From the IMG/VR virus record IMGVR_UViG_3300049926_000098, positions 1 to 38,771 of that record: a DNA stretch of 38,771 bases; one strand, given 5' to 3'. Of the stretch, positions 23,104-32,598 are shown piece by piece. The translations under genes and the position numbers were made by a program. Position 1 is the stretch's first letter. The number at the start of each line of letters is the position of its first letter. This stretch comes from a virus. Lineage: Duplodnaviria > Caudoviricetes. The notes under the pieces were generated by a model. It had not been told where the DNA came from. It searched no databases and saw nothing but the letters and a program-made list of their open reading frames with translations.

Positions 23104-23700
23104 TCACTCCCACGCGGAGAAGCCACTGGGTGCCGCGTAGGTGAAAGCGCTCGTTTTGAAGCGTCCAACAACCGAGGCGGCTGGATCGACCATTCCGACC
23201 ATTGGATACATTGTCCCTGCGATCCCCGAGAATGCTTCGCCTGTACCGGCTGCCGGGTCCCCACTGGCGGCCCAAACGTTCCCAATGGCAAACCACAGCT
23301 TGCCAGCCTTGAACGCTACGCCGACTATCGCGCCTTGGTTGAATTGACCGCTGTATCCGATGGTCGCTCCATTGTTGACCTTCGACCCGTCTGCCGCATA
23401 AAAACCCCAGCCGTTTGGGCCTGAGCCGACAAAAGCGGTGAGTGATTCACTCAGAGCGGCAATGCCGAGTGTGGTGAACCCACTCACCGGCATGCTTTGA
23501 ATGAATACCTCGAAGTACCCGCTATCGGTCGCTGTGATCCCTTTTGTGGCTCGCACGCTTTGGTACCCAGAACCGCTGGACCGAACGGCCTCGAGATTGC
23601 CGCTCACCAGCGTGATGCCGCCGGCGGCATCCGCTGGATTCCATGCGACGGAAGGTGGGGGAGGCGCGCCGCCTGCGTAGATGTACGGGTTGATGAGCAT
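23104..23700 (-). CDS. SPRY/concanavalin-like domain tail protein (candidate receptor-binding)
   Basis: MLINPY start; WNPAD..ITLVSGNL, SVRAT, GYFEV, VGVAF..GKLWFA.GN.W, PSGFSAW. Confidence 0.7.
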   Translation of the reverse strand: MLINPYIYAGGAPPPPSVAWNPADAAGGITLVSGNLEAVRSSGSGYQSVRATKGITATDSGYFEVFIQSMPVSGFTTLGIAALSESLTAFVGSGPNGWGFYAADGSKVNNGATIGYSGQFNQGAIVGVAFKAGKLWFAIGNVWAASGDPAAGTGEAFSGIAGTMYPMVGMVDPAASVVGRFKTSAFTYAAPSGFSAWE

Positions 23701-23708
23701 GCCGAGCC

Positions 23709-25256
23709 TCAGATGATCGTGACTTTCAGGCCTGCTGCAGTGCCGTCGCCCACTTGGTCGATGTCGATCGTGATCAAACCATCATCTGGGATCATCGTGC
23801 CTGCGATGATCACGGCAGCAGTGGCCGCCGTTGTTGACGTGAGTTCACCGTTGTCGATAGTCAACTTGGTGCTCAAGATGCTCACACCACCGACATTGAT
23901 ATCGATCGTCAGGATTGAACCGCTCACTTGCGCTGAAACGAGACTGGCGCGAACCTCGCGCACGTACCGACGCCCCACATGCCGGAATGCCAACTTGCCA
24001 GCGCCTGCGGTAAGCGCTGTGGTCTCGTCACTGACCGCAGCCTGTGCTGCCGTCCAAGTCGACATGTCGGCACCATTGCCCAACTCGCGTACCGCAATAT
24101 TCTTCCCGCCGTTCTTCGTATAGGTATGCGTGACGCCGGTGAACCCGGTCACGACATGCCAAACCAGCTCGCCGAGTCCGAGATTCGTTGGGTCATAGAG
24201 GTCGTCGACGCTTTGAGTCCACAGAGGCGCGCTGTTCTGCGCCTTCTCGATGTTGTGCTGCAAGATCGACAGATAGTGCGAGCCGGACCACTTCGGGCCA
24301 TGCTGACAGTGGACGACATCCAGCCGATCGATGATGCTCGCGTGATCCGCTTCCGTGAACTCGCAGGGGAAGATGCATCCGAACACCCCGATGTTCTCGC
24401 CTGTGAAGTGCTCCGATGTCTGGAAACCTGTGTAGTAACCGATGATTCCAAGCAAGCCCACACGCGTGTTGGCGCCGTTAGCGCGCCCCGGGAACTTGAT
24501 GCCGTAGCTACTGGCGTGCGTCGGTTCGACCATGTCGTCGACGAAATACTCGCTGGCGTCCACCACGACCTGGTCGACATCGCATGCACAGACGTGCGAG
24601 AGATCGACCGCCGTCATGTTGGTGTTCGAGGGAAGCCGGAACGCAATGTTCTTGATCACGACGTTGACGAACGTGTAGTCGAGGTAGGAGCCAGCGGGTC
24701 CCCACCCGCCCAGGATGGCAGCTCCATCGCTCTCCAACGAGCTCTCGATGATCACGTGCTGATCTGGCGTCGAGGTTCCCCCGACCACGGAGAAGATCGG
24801 CGGCGGCGCAACCTCACCGATGAGGGCCACCGTGATCTGCTTGTCGTCCAGAACATGCTTTGATGGGAACAGAACTTGCGCTTTGCCTCGGCCTGAGTCT
24901 TGAACAGGCCCGGTCACATCGTACGTTGAGTAGCCAGGCTTCAGCCGAAAGAACAGCGAGAACGAGCCGCCCGTGGCAATGCCGGCTTCCATGGCGGCCA
25001 GGAAATCTCCATCGTGATCCAGCAGTACATCGATCCACGGCCAGTCGCCTCCGACTCCGCCACCATCAGCGATGACGGTGACGACGTTCGCGCTTTCACC
25101 TTCACCGCGCGTGGCCGTGAGACCCGTCGAGAAGTTCACGGTGTCGGCGTCGGGGCCGCCCAGGTTCGTGCCATCCGCCTGGAACTGGATGAACTCGGGG
25201 AAGTCGTCCGGGGTGGGGACAGGCCAGTTGGTGGCCGGGGTCATGCCGAAGCCCAT
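23709..25256 (-). CDS. Tailspike/tail fibre with probable beta-helix region
   Basis: AGGAGG RBS before ATG 25256; beta-strand-rich middle; C-terminal SDETTALTAG...TIDIN..GVSILSTKLTID...IDIDQVG...GLKVT module. Confidence 0.7.
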   Translation of the reverse strand: MGFGMTPATNWPVPTPDDFPEFIQFQADGTNLGGPDADTVNFSTGLTATRGEGESANVVTVIADGGGVGGDWPWIDVLLDHDGDFLAAMEAGIATGGSFSLFFRLKPGYSTYDVTGPVQDSGRGKAQVLFPSKHVLDDKQITVALIGEVAPPPIFSVVGGTSTPDQHVIIESSLESDGAAILGGWGPAGSYLDYTFVNVVIKNIAFRLPSNTNMTAVDLSHVCACDVDQVVVDASEYFVDDMVEPTHASSYGIKFPGRANGANTRVGLLGIIGYYTGFQTSEHFTGENIGVFGCIFPCEFTEADHASIIDRLDVVHCQHGPKWSGSHYLSILQHNIEKAQNSAPLWTQSVDDLYDPTNLGLGELVWHVVTGFTGVTHTYTKNGGKNIAVRELGNGADMSTWTAAQAAVSDETTALTAGAGKLAFRHVGRRYVREVRASLVSAQVSGSILTIDINVGGVSILSTKLTIDNGELTSTTAATAAVIIAGTMIPDDGLITIDIDQVGDGTAAGLKVTII

Positions 25257-25936
25257 CAGTAGCCTCCTGGTCGGTTGAATGCGCTCCACGCCACGCCGAA
25301 GGCGCGCGGCCGGGCGCGCTGCGACCCGGTGTTGTAGTTGCGTTGGACCTCGGCCTTGCCGTTGGCGATGCCAGCGCCGAACTCACGCTGCTTCTTCACG
25401 GCGTCGTTCGGGTTGAACCACGGTGTGTCCTTCATGCCGAGCAAGTACGCGAGCGCGCCGGCCTCGAAGTAGGTGCTGTACTTCTTCAGCGGCTGCGACG
25501 GGACCTGCACGACGCCGTCCTTCGGTTGCACGACCGCGTTGTAGACCATGTTGTAGACGCCGTTCGGTGTCGGATTCAGCGCCATCTGCCCCTCGGGCGT
25601 GTATGCCGCGCGCAGCGGCTGCCCGGGGCTGATGAGTGGATTCCAGGTCGACGGGTCGCTCATGGTCAGCGGCCACGAGTTCGGCGGCGTCAGGGCAGGG
25701 TTTGCGCCGCTCACCGCGTACAGGCCGATGATCTCCAGCAGCGGGTCGCTGCCGAGGTCATAGAGTACCCGGTTGGCCTCGGTGGCGCCGGCCGCAGTGA
25801 TGCGCAGCCACTGCGTCTGCGCGCACCAGTCGCGCATCGCGCGTACGTAGGCGCGACGCAGCGTCACCGTCGGGCAACCGCGCGCGATCTGCGCGACATT
25901 GGCCAGCTGGTCGAACACGTTGACGAAGGTGGTCAT
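25256..25936 (-). CDS. Head-tail adaptor / tail tubular protein
   Basis: GCPTVTL...RDWCAQTQWLR, GALAYLL.MKDTPWFNP; synteny. Confidence 0.7.
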   Translation of the reverse strand: MTTFVNVFDQLANVAQIARGCPTVTLRRAYVRAMRDWCAQTQWLRITAAGATEANRVLYDLGSDPLLEIIGLYAVSGANPALTPPNSWPLTMSDPSTWNPLISPGQPLRAAYTPEGQMALNPTPNGVYNMVYNAVVQPKDGVVQVPSQPLKKYSTYFEAGALAYLLGMKDTPWFNPNDAVKKQREFGAGIANGKAEVQRNYNTGSQRARPRAFGVAWSAFNRPGGY

Positions 25937-26583
25937 TGCGCGTCTCCGTTCTCGGCGACGCGCGGCGCGAGTGCGTATTGCGATTTGGTCTTCAGACCCA
26001 TCATCTGGCGGTACTGGCCCATGTAGCCGTTGAACTTCGCCAGGTCCTGCTTCTTGCTGCTCACGCCATAGCACTTGGCCAGGACGTAGTTGATCAGCGC
26101 ACCCTCGTACACGTCGAGCACCACCATCGCGTCGCCCGTTGCGGTGACGGCCGGCGGGCAGGCGCCGTACAGCACCTCGACGCTGCCGGTGCCGTCATTC
26201 GGTGGGAAGACCTGGAAGCGCAACGGGTCGCGCGGGTCGGCCGTGAAGTTCTCGACTTCGGCCTGCCGCGTGCCGGCCGGCCAGAACCGGCTGGCTTCGT
26301 TCAGCAAGTCGCGCTGGACCTGCGTGATGACGCGCCCGCCATTGGCCACGCTGTTGCGAATGACGTTCAGCAGCCCCACGCCATCGGCCGGGAGTTGCTG
26401 CAGCTCACCGGCGACGAGGGTCACGAAGGCGCACTTCGTGTAGAAGTCGAGCTTCTCGCCGGCTGTTGAGCGCAGCGCCTCGGTCAGGAACATCAGCAAC
26501 TCGTCGTTGCTGTACGCGCGCGCCGCGCCATCCAGCGTGGTCTTGCGGACGCTGTCGAGGATGGTGCTGGCCAGCAGCGTCAT
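25933..26583 (-). CDS. Phage adaptor protein (DUF6682-like)
   Basis: YSNDELLMFLTEA, LVAGELQQLP, LLNVIRN, DPRDPLRFQVFPP, ALINYVLAKCY. Confidence 0.7.
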   Translation of the reverse strand: MTLLASTILDSVRKTTLDGAARAYSNDELLMFLTEALRSTAGEKLDFYTKCAFVTLVAGELQQLPADGVGLLNVIRNSVANGGRVITQVQRDLLNEASRFWPAGTRQAEVENFTADPRDPLRFQVFPPNDGTGSVEVLYGACPPAVTATGDAMVVLDVYEGALINYVLAKCYGVSSKKQDLAKFNGYMGQYRQMMGLKTKSQYALAPRVAENGDAQ

Positions 26584-26586
26584 GGC

Positions 26587-27090
26587 TCAGGCCAGCGCGC
26601 GCTCGGTCACGGCGCCGGCGGCGCGCGCCAGTTCGCCCACCTGGGTGCGCAGTCCCCGCAGGCCACCGGCCGGGCTCAGGGTCTTGCCGTACTCCTGCTG
26701 CGCGAACTCGATGAGTTCGCTGACGGTGGCCGTGCCGATGTCGAAGGGTTCGACGTCCGCCAGGACCACACCGCGGCGCGGCGCGACGCCGGTGTGCTCG
26801 GCATCCTCGGTCACGGTGTGGATCTTGAGGCCCGCCGACTCGAGCCACTTCATGCGCTCTTCTTCCGACGCCTTCAGGCTGCCGGTGTACGGACGGTAGT
26901 TCGGGTGCGGCGGGCGTGCCGGGATCACCTGACCGCTCGGTGCCTTCTCGCCGGGCCGGCCGGCCAGCATGGGCACGTTCGGCATCAGGCGGCCGTCCTT
27001 GATGTTGATCAGGAACGGGACCTTCGGATTCTGCTTGTTGCGCGCGGCGCGCTGCGCGATCATCTTCGACTCTTGGGCTTCGTTGATCAT
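26587..27090 (-). CDS. Hypothetical protein (head-tail region)
   Basis: GAGG RBS; ORF fills the gap in the late operon. Confidence 0.65.
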   Translation of the reverse strand: MINEAQESKMIAQRAARNKQNPKVPFLINIKDGRLMPNVPMLAGRPGEKAPSGQVIPARPPHPNYRPYTGSLKASEEERMKWLESAGLKIHTVTEDAEHTGVAPRRGVVLADVEPFDIGTATVSELIEFAQQEYGKTLSPAGGLRGLRTQVGELARAAGAVTERALA

Positions 27091-27114
27091 GTGGGCCTCG
27101 GTGTACGGGTAGTG

Positions 27115-27140
27115 GAAAACCGGCGCCCGAAGGCGCCGGT
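27115..27140 (-). terminator. Rho-independent terminator
   Basis: Minus strand ACCGGCGCC-TTCG-GGCGCCGGT-TTT, after the capsid module. Confidence 0.75.
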
Positions 27141-27155
27141 CACGGGGTCAGCGGC

Positions 27156-27359
27156 TCAGGAACCGTCGGGACTGGTGCCCGGCGTCAGCGCGCGCTTGAA
27201 CGAACCGCTGGTCTTGCCGCCACCGCCGGGCTGGTTGCCCAGGGTGCCGCTCGGGTAGCGGGCCTTGGCCTTGCCACCGTCCTTGCTCAGTTCGCTCGAC
27301 ACCGTCTCCGGCGTCATCTTCACGGGCATGCCCGGGCCGTAGGGGGAACTCGTCTTCAT
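27156..27359 (-). CDS. Small hypothetical protein downstream of major capsid
   Basis: AAAGGAAG RBS; MKTSSPYGPGMPVKMTPET..., 67 aa. Confidence 0.65.
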   Translation of the reverse strand: MKTSSPYGPGMPVKMTPETVSSELSKDGGKAKARYPSGTLGNQPGGGGKTSGSFKRALTPGTSPDGS

Positions 27360-27392
27360 GATGCTTCCTTTCAGGTTGCAGGGGTTGCGGTC

Positions 27393-27412
27393 AGGTGGGC
27401 CGAAGCCCACCT
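27393..27412 (-). other. Stem-loop with UUCG tetraloop after capsid gene (no U tract)
   Basis: AGGTGGGC-TTCG-GCCCACCT, 6 nt after the capsid stop. Confidence 0.6.
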
Positions 27413-27418
27413 TCACGA

Positions 27419-28351
27419 TCAGCCGCGACGCACGACGGCGGTGCCGACGTAGTTCGGGCCGATGACTTGGTAGCCGAACACCATCAGGCCGCGGATCACG
27501 TAGCCGAAGTCGTTCGGGTTGTCGATCATCTGGCACTCGACGATCTGGGCCGCGAACGTCAGGCCGGCCGAGTGGCCGAACATCAGGTACGTGGCCGGGC
27601 CTGGCGAGGTCTGGCGCAGCAGGTTGCGCGACTGGTACAGCGTGAACCGGTCGATCTCGCCGACCTTGCCGTTGCGCGCAATCGACACGCTGTCGCCGGT
27701 CAGGGATGCGATCTTCAGGTCCGACTGCTTGATCAGCGCCATCACCCACGGCGGGGCCACCAGCCAACGGCCCTCGTCCGGCACGTTCTGCTCGTCGAGC
27801 ACCGTGCCACAGTCGACGATGAAATCGACGACGGTGGCCTTGGTCAGCGAGACCGGGGTGGTCGAGTCGCCCAGGTTGATGCTGTCCGAGTCGGCGCCGG
27901 CGCGCGTGCCGCTGTTGTCGGCGGACACCTCGGCCGGGATCGTCTCGAGCATGTCGGCGTCGGCCGCGATGCGCAGCTGGATCGAGCCGTCGTTGGCGAA
28001 CACGTCCGCCATGTCGACGCTGGACTGACGCATGTTGACCAGGTTCAGCGCGACCGCGAACGACTTCGCCTGGTCGATCGACAGCGTGACCGAGTTGGAA
28101 CCCGGGTACTGCGCCGACAGGCCCGCGCCGACGACGTAGTCGGAGACCACGACGTCGGGGACGGTGCGGATGATCACGTTCGAGCCGAAGCCCGCGATCT
28201 CACCCTCGTAGTCGGTCGTGGCGATCTCGCCGAAGACGGTCGACTTGTAGAACTTCTCGACCAGCTTCCCCGAGTAAATCTCCGGGATGTAGTCGATCGT
28301 GCCGGTGGGGCCGTAGTCCGGCACGCCGGATGCTTGTGGAACGCCTGCCAT
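27419..28351 (-). CDS. Major capsid protein
   Basis: YIPEIYSGKLVEKFY, TDYEGEI..FG..V.I, LSIDQAKSF, LDEQNVPDEGRW, RNGKVGEIDRF, FG..IRGL.VFG; GGAG RBS. Confidence 0.9.
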   Translation of the reverse strand: MAGVPQASGVPDYGPTGTIDYIPEIYSGKLVEKFYKSTVFGEIATTDYEGEIAGFGSNVIIRTVPDVVVSDYVVGAGLSAQYPGSNSVTLSIDQAKSFAVALNLVNMRQSSVDMADVFANDGSIQLRIAADADMLETIPAEVSADNSGTRAGADSDSINLGDSTTPVSLTKATVVDFIVDCGTVLDEQNVPDEGRWLVAPPWVMALIKQSDLKIASLTGDSVSIARNGKVGEIDRFTLYQSRNLLRQTSPGPATYLMFGHSAGLTFAAQIVECQMIDNPNDFGYVIRGLMVFGYQVIGPNYVGTAVVRRG

Positions 28352-28391
28352 GGAGCTCTCCTAAATTCGTTGGGCGGTTGGCCCCACGACT

Positions 28392-29372
28392 TCAGCGCGG
28401 GGCCGCGACGAGCTTCAACCGCTTCTCGAACTCCATCCGTTCCTGATCCGTCACGTATCCGGGTTGACCGGGCCGCTTGGTCGAGCACCGCGTGTAGAAA
28501 GCGGTGATCTCGGCCGGGCTGGGCCGGGTGAGACCGTGCGTTGGCGCCGGAAGAGCGTCGCCGCTCGGACCCGCGCCGCTGCCTGCGGCCGCCACCGGCG
28601 GAGCTGGCGTCTTGGGCAGCGTGGCCTTGTAGGCGTTGAAGAACTTGGCGACCGCCTGGGCGTTGCCCTTGGCGATGTGCCCGTTCATCAGCTCCTGGCG
28701 CACGTAGCCTGACGCCGGATCCTCCTGCTCGAGCCATGCGAGCCAGCCCGGCGACACGTCGATCTCGGGGTAGTCCGGGACCAGCTCGGTGAGCTTCTCC
28801 ACGAACTCGCGCTTGCGCGCTTCCACGTCGGCAGTTTGCTGGCGGGTCTGGCGGTCCTGCAGCGGCTTGATTGCCGCGGCGATGGCCGTGTCGACCTGCT
28901 TGCGCGCCGCCTTCATGACCGTCTCGACGACCACTTGGGCTTGCTCTTCACCCAGCGTCTCGACCTGCTCCGGGGTGAGCAACTCACCCAGGTCGGTCTT
29001 CGGCGCTGGTGCGCTGGCTTGCAGGTTGCGGATCTGCTCCGTCAACTCGGACACCTGCTGGTGAAGCGCCTCGGCCTCTTCGCGGTGCGTTGCAACCGCC
29101 GCCTTGAGCCGCCCTTCCGTGCTCAGGAAGCGCTGCTTCCAGTACACGGGGTTGCTCTCGCGGGGATCGCTTTCGGGCACCTGGGGGCCTGGCGTCAGGT
29201 CAGCAGGGGGCGTGGCCGTCTGCGGCGGCTGGGCCGACGCGTCCGGTACCACGGGATCTGGCTTCGTGCCACGCTGGGCGTTTCGCTCATCGATGCGGGC
29301 CTGGACAGACTCGCTGATGCGCATCACCGCGCGGGGAAGACGGGTTTCGTTCTTGGCTGTTGAAGCCTGCAT
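28392..29372 (-). CDS. Capsid scaffolding protein (putative)
   Basis: Pro-rich N-terminus, YWKQRF..TEG, coiled coil, LVPDYPEID..WLAWL; directly upstream of the capsid gene; GAGGA RBS. Confidence 0.75.
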   Translation of the reverse strand: MQASTAKNETRLPRAVMRISESVQARIDERNAQRGTKPDPVVPDASAQPPQTATPPADLTPGPQVPESDPRESNPVYWKQRFLSTEGRLKAAVATHREEAEALHQQVSELTEQIRNLQASAPAPKTDLGELLTPEQVETLGEEQAQVVVETVMKAARKQVDTAIAAAIKPLQDRQTRQQTADVEARKREFVEKLTELVPDYPEIDVSPGWLAWLEQEDPASGYVRQELMNGHIAKGNAQAVAKFFNAYKATLPKTPAPPVAAAGSGAGPSGDALPAPTHGLTRPSPAEITAFYTRCSTKRPGQPGYVTDQERMEFEKRLKLVAAPR

Positions 29373-29450
29373 GTGTTCGTTCCTCGAGCCACGGCGCCTG
29401 ACGGCGTCCACGGGATTCGGGTTTCCAGGAGGCGAACGTGCGGTTCCTGA

Positions 29451-29705
29451 TCAGGCTCCAAACGGCCGGGGTGCGAGCACGGGGCGTTTGGAGTTGGTCT
29501 TGCTGTCCGCGGTCTTGATGCGCCCGATCATCTCGTCGAGCTGGCTGGCTTGGCCCTGGAGGCGGTAGATGTCCTCCCCCGTGGCTTTGCGCAACTTGCC
29601 ATCAACCTCGGCCAGTTCGGCCTCATACATGCTCACCAGGGACTTGCCCTCCGGGGATTTCGAGAACCGCGCCAGGAACTGCAGCTGGTCCGAAGTGAGC
29701 GTCAT
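29451..29705 (-). CDS. Small conserved head-region protein
   Basis: FSKSPEGK.., IYRLQGQASQL; sits between portal and scaffold. Confidence 0.7.
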   Translation of the reverse strand: MTLTSDQLQFLARFSKSPEGKSLVSMYEAELAEVDGKLRKATGEDIYRLQGQASQLDEMIGRIKTADSKTNSKRPVLAPRPFGA

Positions 29706-29712
29706 GCGGCGG

Positions 29713-29741
29713 ATTCTAGGGGGTCACCGTCGCGATTGCAT
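29713..29741 (-). promoter_or_regulatory. Putative promoter ATGCAA-N17-TAGAAT, 7 nt before ATG
   Basis: Read on the minus strand in an AT-richer intergenic gap; no SD before ATG 29705. Confidence 0.5.
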
Positions 29742-29787
29742 ATATTTCAGGTTGGAATGCGTTGGGAGTCGGTAAAAGTTACCCAAC

Positions 29788-32031
29788 TCACGCTTCGGCT
29801 GCTTCCTCCAACGCGGGTTCCTTCGTGCCCATCGCCTTGGCGACGGCCTCCTGGACCACGTTGGCCAGCACCTGGTTGCGCTGGCTCTCGCCCTCGCGCT
29901 GGCTGATCGCCTGCTCGCGCGCGAGCTGCACCTGCAGGTCCGCCTGACCCTGCGCCGCGATCTTGCTCATCTCAAGCTGCTGCTGAGCGGCCATGGCGGC
30001 CTGCTGTGCCTCGGCCTGCTGCTTCTGGCTCGCGTCGAGCTCCTCGTCGGTGGGCACGCATTCGGCCGGCAGCTCGAGCGCGGCCGCGGTCTCGCGCAGG
30101 ATGACCGCACGGTACTTGGCCGTGATGATCTGCGCGTCGATGGGGTTCGCCGTCAGCTGCAGGAACTGCAGGCGGTTGGCCTGCGCGGCCTGCTTGATCA
30201 GGATCGCCGCGGCCCCGCGCGGCACCACGACGCAGTCGCCCTTGATGCTCGTGTCGGGGTTGTAGATCATCTCGTTGATGAACGTCTTGCCGATCGTGCG
30301 GCTGACCGCGTTCAGGTCGACGTTGCTGATCGCGCGGCGCAGGCCCTTGGCCGCGTTTGCCATCAGCATGCCCAGGCCGCTGGCCGTGTCGGCGCTGCCG
30401 CCGGCGCGCTCGTTACCGTAGGTGTAGCGCGGGATGCCGGTGGCGTCGTCCGCCTTGATCTCCCACTTCTCGTAGTTCGCCATCAGCGAGCCCGAGTTGT
30501 CCGCGGCCTGGAAGAAGCCGATGCCGGGCGCCGCCTGGCCGGCGGCCTGCGGGTCGCTCTTGAGTTGCCAAATCTTCCACGGGAAGATCTCCATGGTCTG
30601 CTCGCCGTCGGCGAACCGGTCGGCGTGCACCCAGACCATCGGGCCGCTGGCCATCGACATGTTGTCGGCCATGGCGCTGGCGAACTGGTTGCACATGCGC
30701 TGGCTCACCGACGCCAGGTCCGGGATCGAACGGCCCCAGAAGGCGCCCGGGATCTCGTCGTAGCAGGCCTTCCAGTACGGACGCTCGTGCAGCGGATCCG
30801 GGTTCAGCGTGGCGTACAGGACGTAGCTGCCGCACAGCAGCACGTTGCACTCGTACTCGCAGGTCTCGTCCAGCGGTGCGCCATCCTTGCCCGTGACGCC
30901 CCAGGTCATCAGCTTCCAGCCGGGGACGCTTCCCCAGTAGTTGAGCGCGTCGATCGTGCCCTGCGGCGACAGCCACATGAACATCGTTTCCTGCTCCAGG
31001 CGCTGGCGCTCGGCCTCGGTCCACATCCAGTTGTCGAGCCGGCCGGCGCTGTAGTCCATCAGCGCCTTGTCGATCTGCTCGTCCTGGTAGCCCGGCAGGC
31101 CCTTCAGGTCGTACAGGTCGCTGCGGTGAAAGCGGATGCGCTCGATGAAGTCGCCCTTCTGGGGCGACGTCGTGTTGGAGGCCGGGAAGCAATCTAACGG
31201 GCTCACCCGCTCCCACCACGGGATCGGGTCGTTCGTCACCTTGGGGGTGAAGTCGTGGTTCCACGACAGCCGGCGGTGGCGCTTGTAGGTGGGGCCTTTC
31301 AGGATCGCGGCCGGGTAGGTCACGAAGTCCTCGATGAAGCCGTCCATCGCCGCCTGGTAGTTGCCCTCGGCGAGGCGGTCGGCGATGACCTTCTCCATGC
31401 GTTTGGCGCGCAGCTTCGCCGACTTCTGGTACTCCTCCTCGACCTCGGCGCGGATCTTGATGCCGATGTCCTTGGTGAGGTCGCGGAACGCCTGGGGGCT
31501 CATCACCCCGCCGCCGGCCTGCGCGGTCTGCTGCAGCGTGGCCTGGGCCTCGGCAAGCGCCTTCTGCACCACCTGGTTGCGCAGCGGCTGCGGCAGGTCG
31601 GGCAGCGGCGTCGGATCGACCCCCCACGGCTGCTCACCGGCCGGCAGCAGGATGTCGCGCAGCCACGCCGACGCGGCCCGGCACTTCGTCTCGGTGAGGT
31701 CGGTGAACACCAGGTTCATGCCGCCACCGGACTGCTGGACCTGCTGCACCTCGGCGGCGCTGTACATCTGCCGGCGGGCGCGCAGACACGTGAGCAGCTT
31801 GCGGTCGATCACGACCTTGGCCAGCTTGTTCTTCTGCCACGCGAGGCGCACGTGGCCGACCAGCTCGGGGACGTTCTCGTCCTCGATGACGACTTCGGGC
31901 TCGGGGAGCTTGTCCGGCGCGTCGCGCTTGGCGAGGTCCGCCAGGCCGAGCTGGCGAATCAAGGGGCTGACGCCACCCGCGCGCGGCGCCGGAGCGGATT
32001 GAGCTGCTGGGTCGGGGGGATTGACGGCCAT
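29788..32031 (-). CDS. Portal protein
   Basis: 747 aa; TETKCRAASAWLRDIL, ILKGP, PGAFWGRSIPD, ADNMSMASGP, PWKIWQ, DDATGIP, TASGLGMLM; follows terminase. Confidence 0.9.
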   Translation of the reverse strand: MAVNPPDPAAQSAPAPRAGGVSPLIRQLGLADLAKRDAPDKLPEPEVVIEDENVPELVGHVRLAWQKNKLAKVVIDRKLLTCLRARRQMYSAAEVQQVQQSGGGMNLVFTDLTETKCRAASAWLRDILLPAGEQPWGVDPTPLPDLPQPLRNQVVQKALAEAQATLQQTAQAGGGVMSPQAFRDLTKDIGIKIRAEVEEEYQKSAKLRAKRMEKVIADRLAEGNYQAAMDGFIEDFVTYPAAILKGPTYKRHRRLSWNHDFTPKVTNDPIPWWERVSPLDCFPASNTTSPQKGDFIERIRFHRSDLYDLKGLPGYQDEQIDKALMDYSAGRLDNWMWTEAERQRLEQETMFMWLSPQGTIDALNYWGSVPGWKLMTWGVTGKDGAPLDETCEYECNVLLCGSYVLYATLNPDPLHERPYWKACYDEIPGAFWGRSIPDLASVSQRMCNQFASAMADNMSMASGPMVWVHADRFADGEQTMEIFPWKIWQLKSDPQAAGQAAPGIGFFQAADNSGSLMANYEKWEIKADDATGIPRYTYGNERAGGSADTASGLGMLMANAAKGLRRAISNVDLNAVSRTIGKTFINEMIYNPDTSIKGDCVVVPRGAAAILIKQAAQANRLQFLQLTANPIDAQIITAKYRAVILRETAAALELPAECVPTDEELDASQKQQAEAQQAAMAAQQQLEMSKIAAQGQADLQVQLAREQAISQREGESQRNQVLANVVQEAVAKAMGTKEPALEEAAEA

Positions 32032-32073
32032 GAGGCCGGATTATGCACTCGCTGGGTGCGAATGGGGAAGAGG

Positions 32074-32487
32074 TCAGTACAGGCAGTCTTCCTGGTTCTT
32101 TCGGAGTTTGCTGCTTTCATACTTCCGCCTGCGGATGGCTTGTCGTTGCTCTTTCGGTAGCGCCTGGTACCGATGGCGCTCCACATCCACTGCGTGTTGT
32201 TTCCGCTCTGCCTCGTCAGCGCACACTTGATTCGGCCGCCGCGCTGCGCCGTAGTTGCACGCTTTGTGGCTGAACGCGATGTTCTCCAAGTCGAAGTACA
32301 GCTTGGCCGGATTCACGCTATCTAGCCATGGTTTGACGTGCTCGATACTGAAGTCCTCCCTCGCAAGCACACCGCCACAGCGATGGCATACGTGGCCTGC
32401 ATCGGTTACCAGCTTGAACAGAATGTCTTTGAGCAGTCTATGCGCAGCAGTGCCCGCATTCATGCCCAGTTGTTGGTGCTTTTTCAT
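32074..32487 (-). CDS. HNH endonuclease
   Basis: CHRCG, FSIEHVKPW, NIAFSHKACN; lower GC; start ATG 32487 (the ORF-track start overlaps the tRNA). Confidence 0.85.
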   Translation of the reverse strand: MKKHQQLGMNAGTAAHRLLKDILFKLVTDAGHVCHRCGGVLAREDFSIEHVKPWLDSVNPAKLYFDLENIAFSHKACNYGAARRPNQVCADEAERKQHAVDVERHRYQALPKEQRQAIRRRKYESSKLRKNQEDCLY

Positions 32488-32513
32488 CGACTGCCTTTGG
32501 CGTCTGATGTTGA

Positions 32514-32590
32514 TGGTCGGAACGGTAGGATTCGAACCCACGGCCGCCCGGCCCCAAACCGGATGCTCTACCTGACTGAGCTACGTCCCG
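32514..32590 (-). tRNA. tRNA-Pro (anticodon TGG), CCA encoded
   Basis: CGGGACG/CGTTCCG acceptor, GCTC/GAGC D stem, TCCGG-TTTGGGG-CCGGG anticodon arm, GTGGG-TTCGAAT-CCTAC T arm, ACCA end; 77 nt. Confidence 0.95.
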
Positions 32591-32598
32591 TGATCCTC

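Noticed and set aside
32488-32541. ORF-track start of the HNH gene at 32541
   Set aside because: It lies inside the tRNA-Pro; ATG 32487 is more plausible
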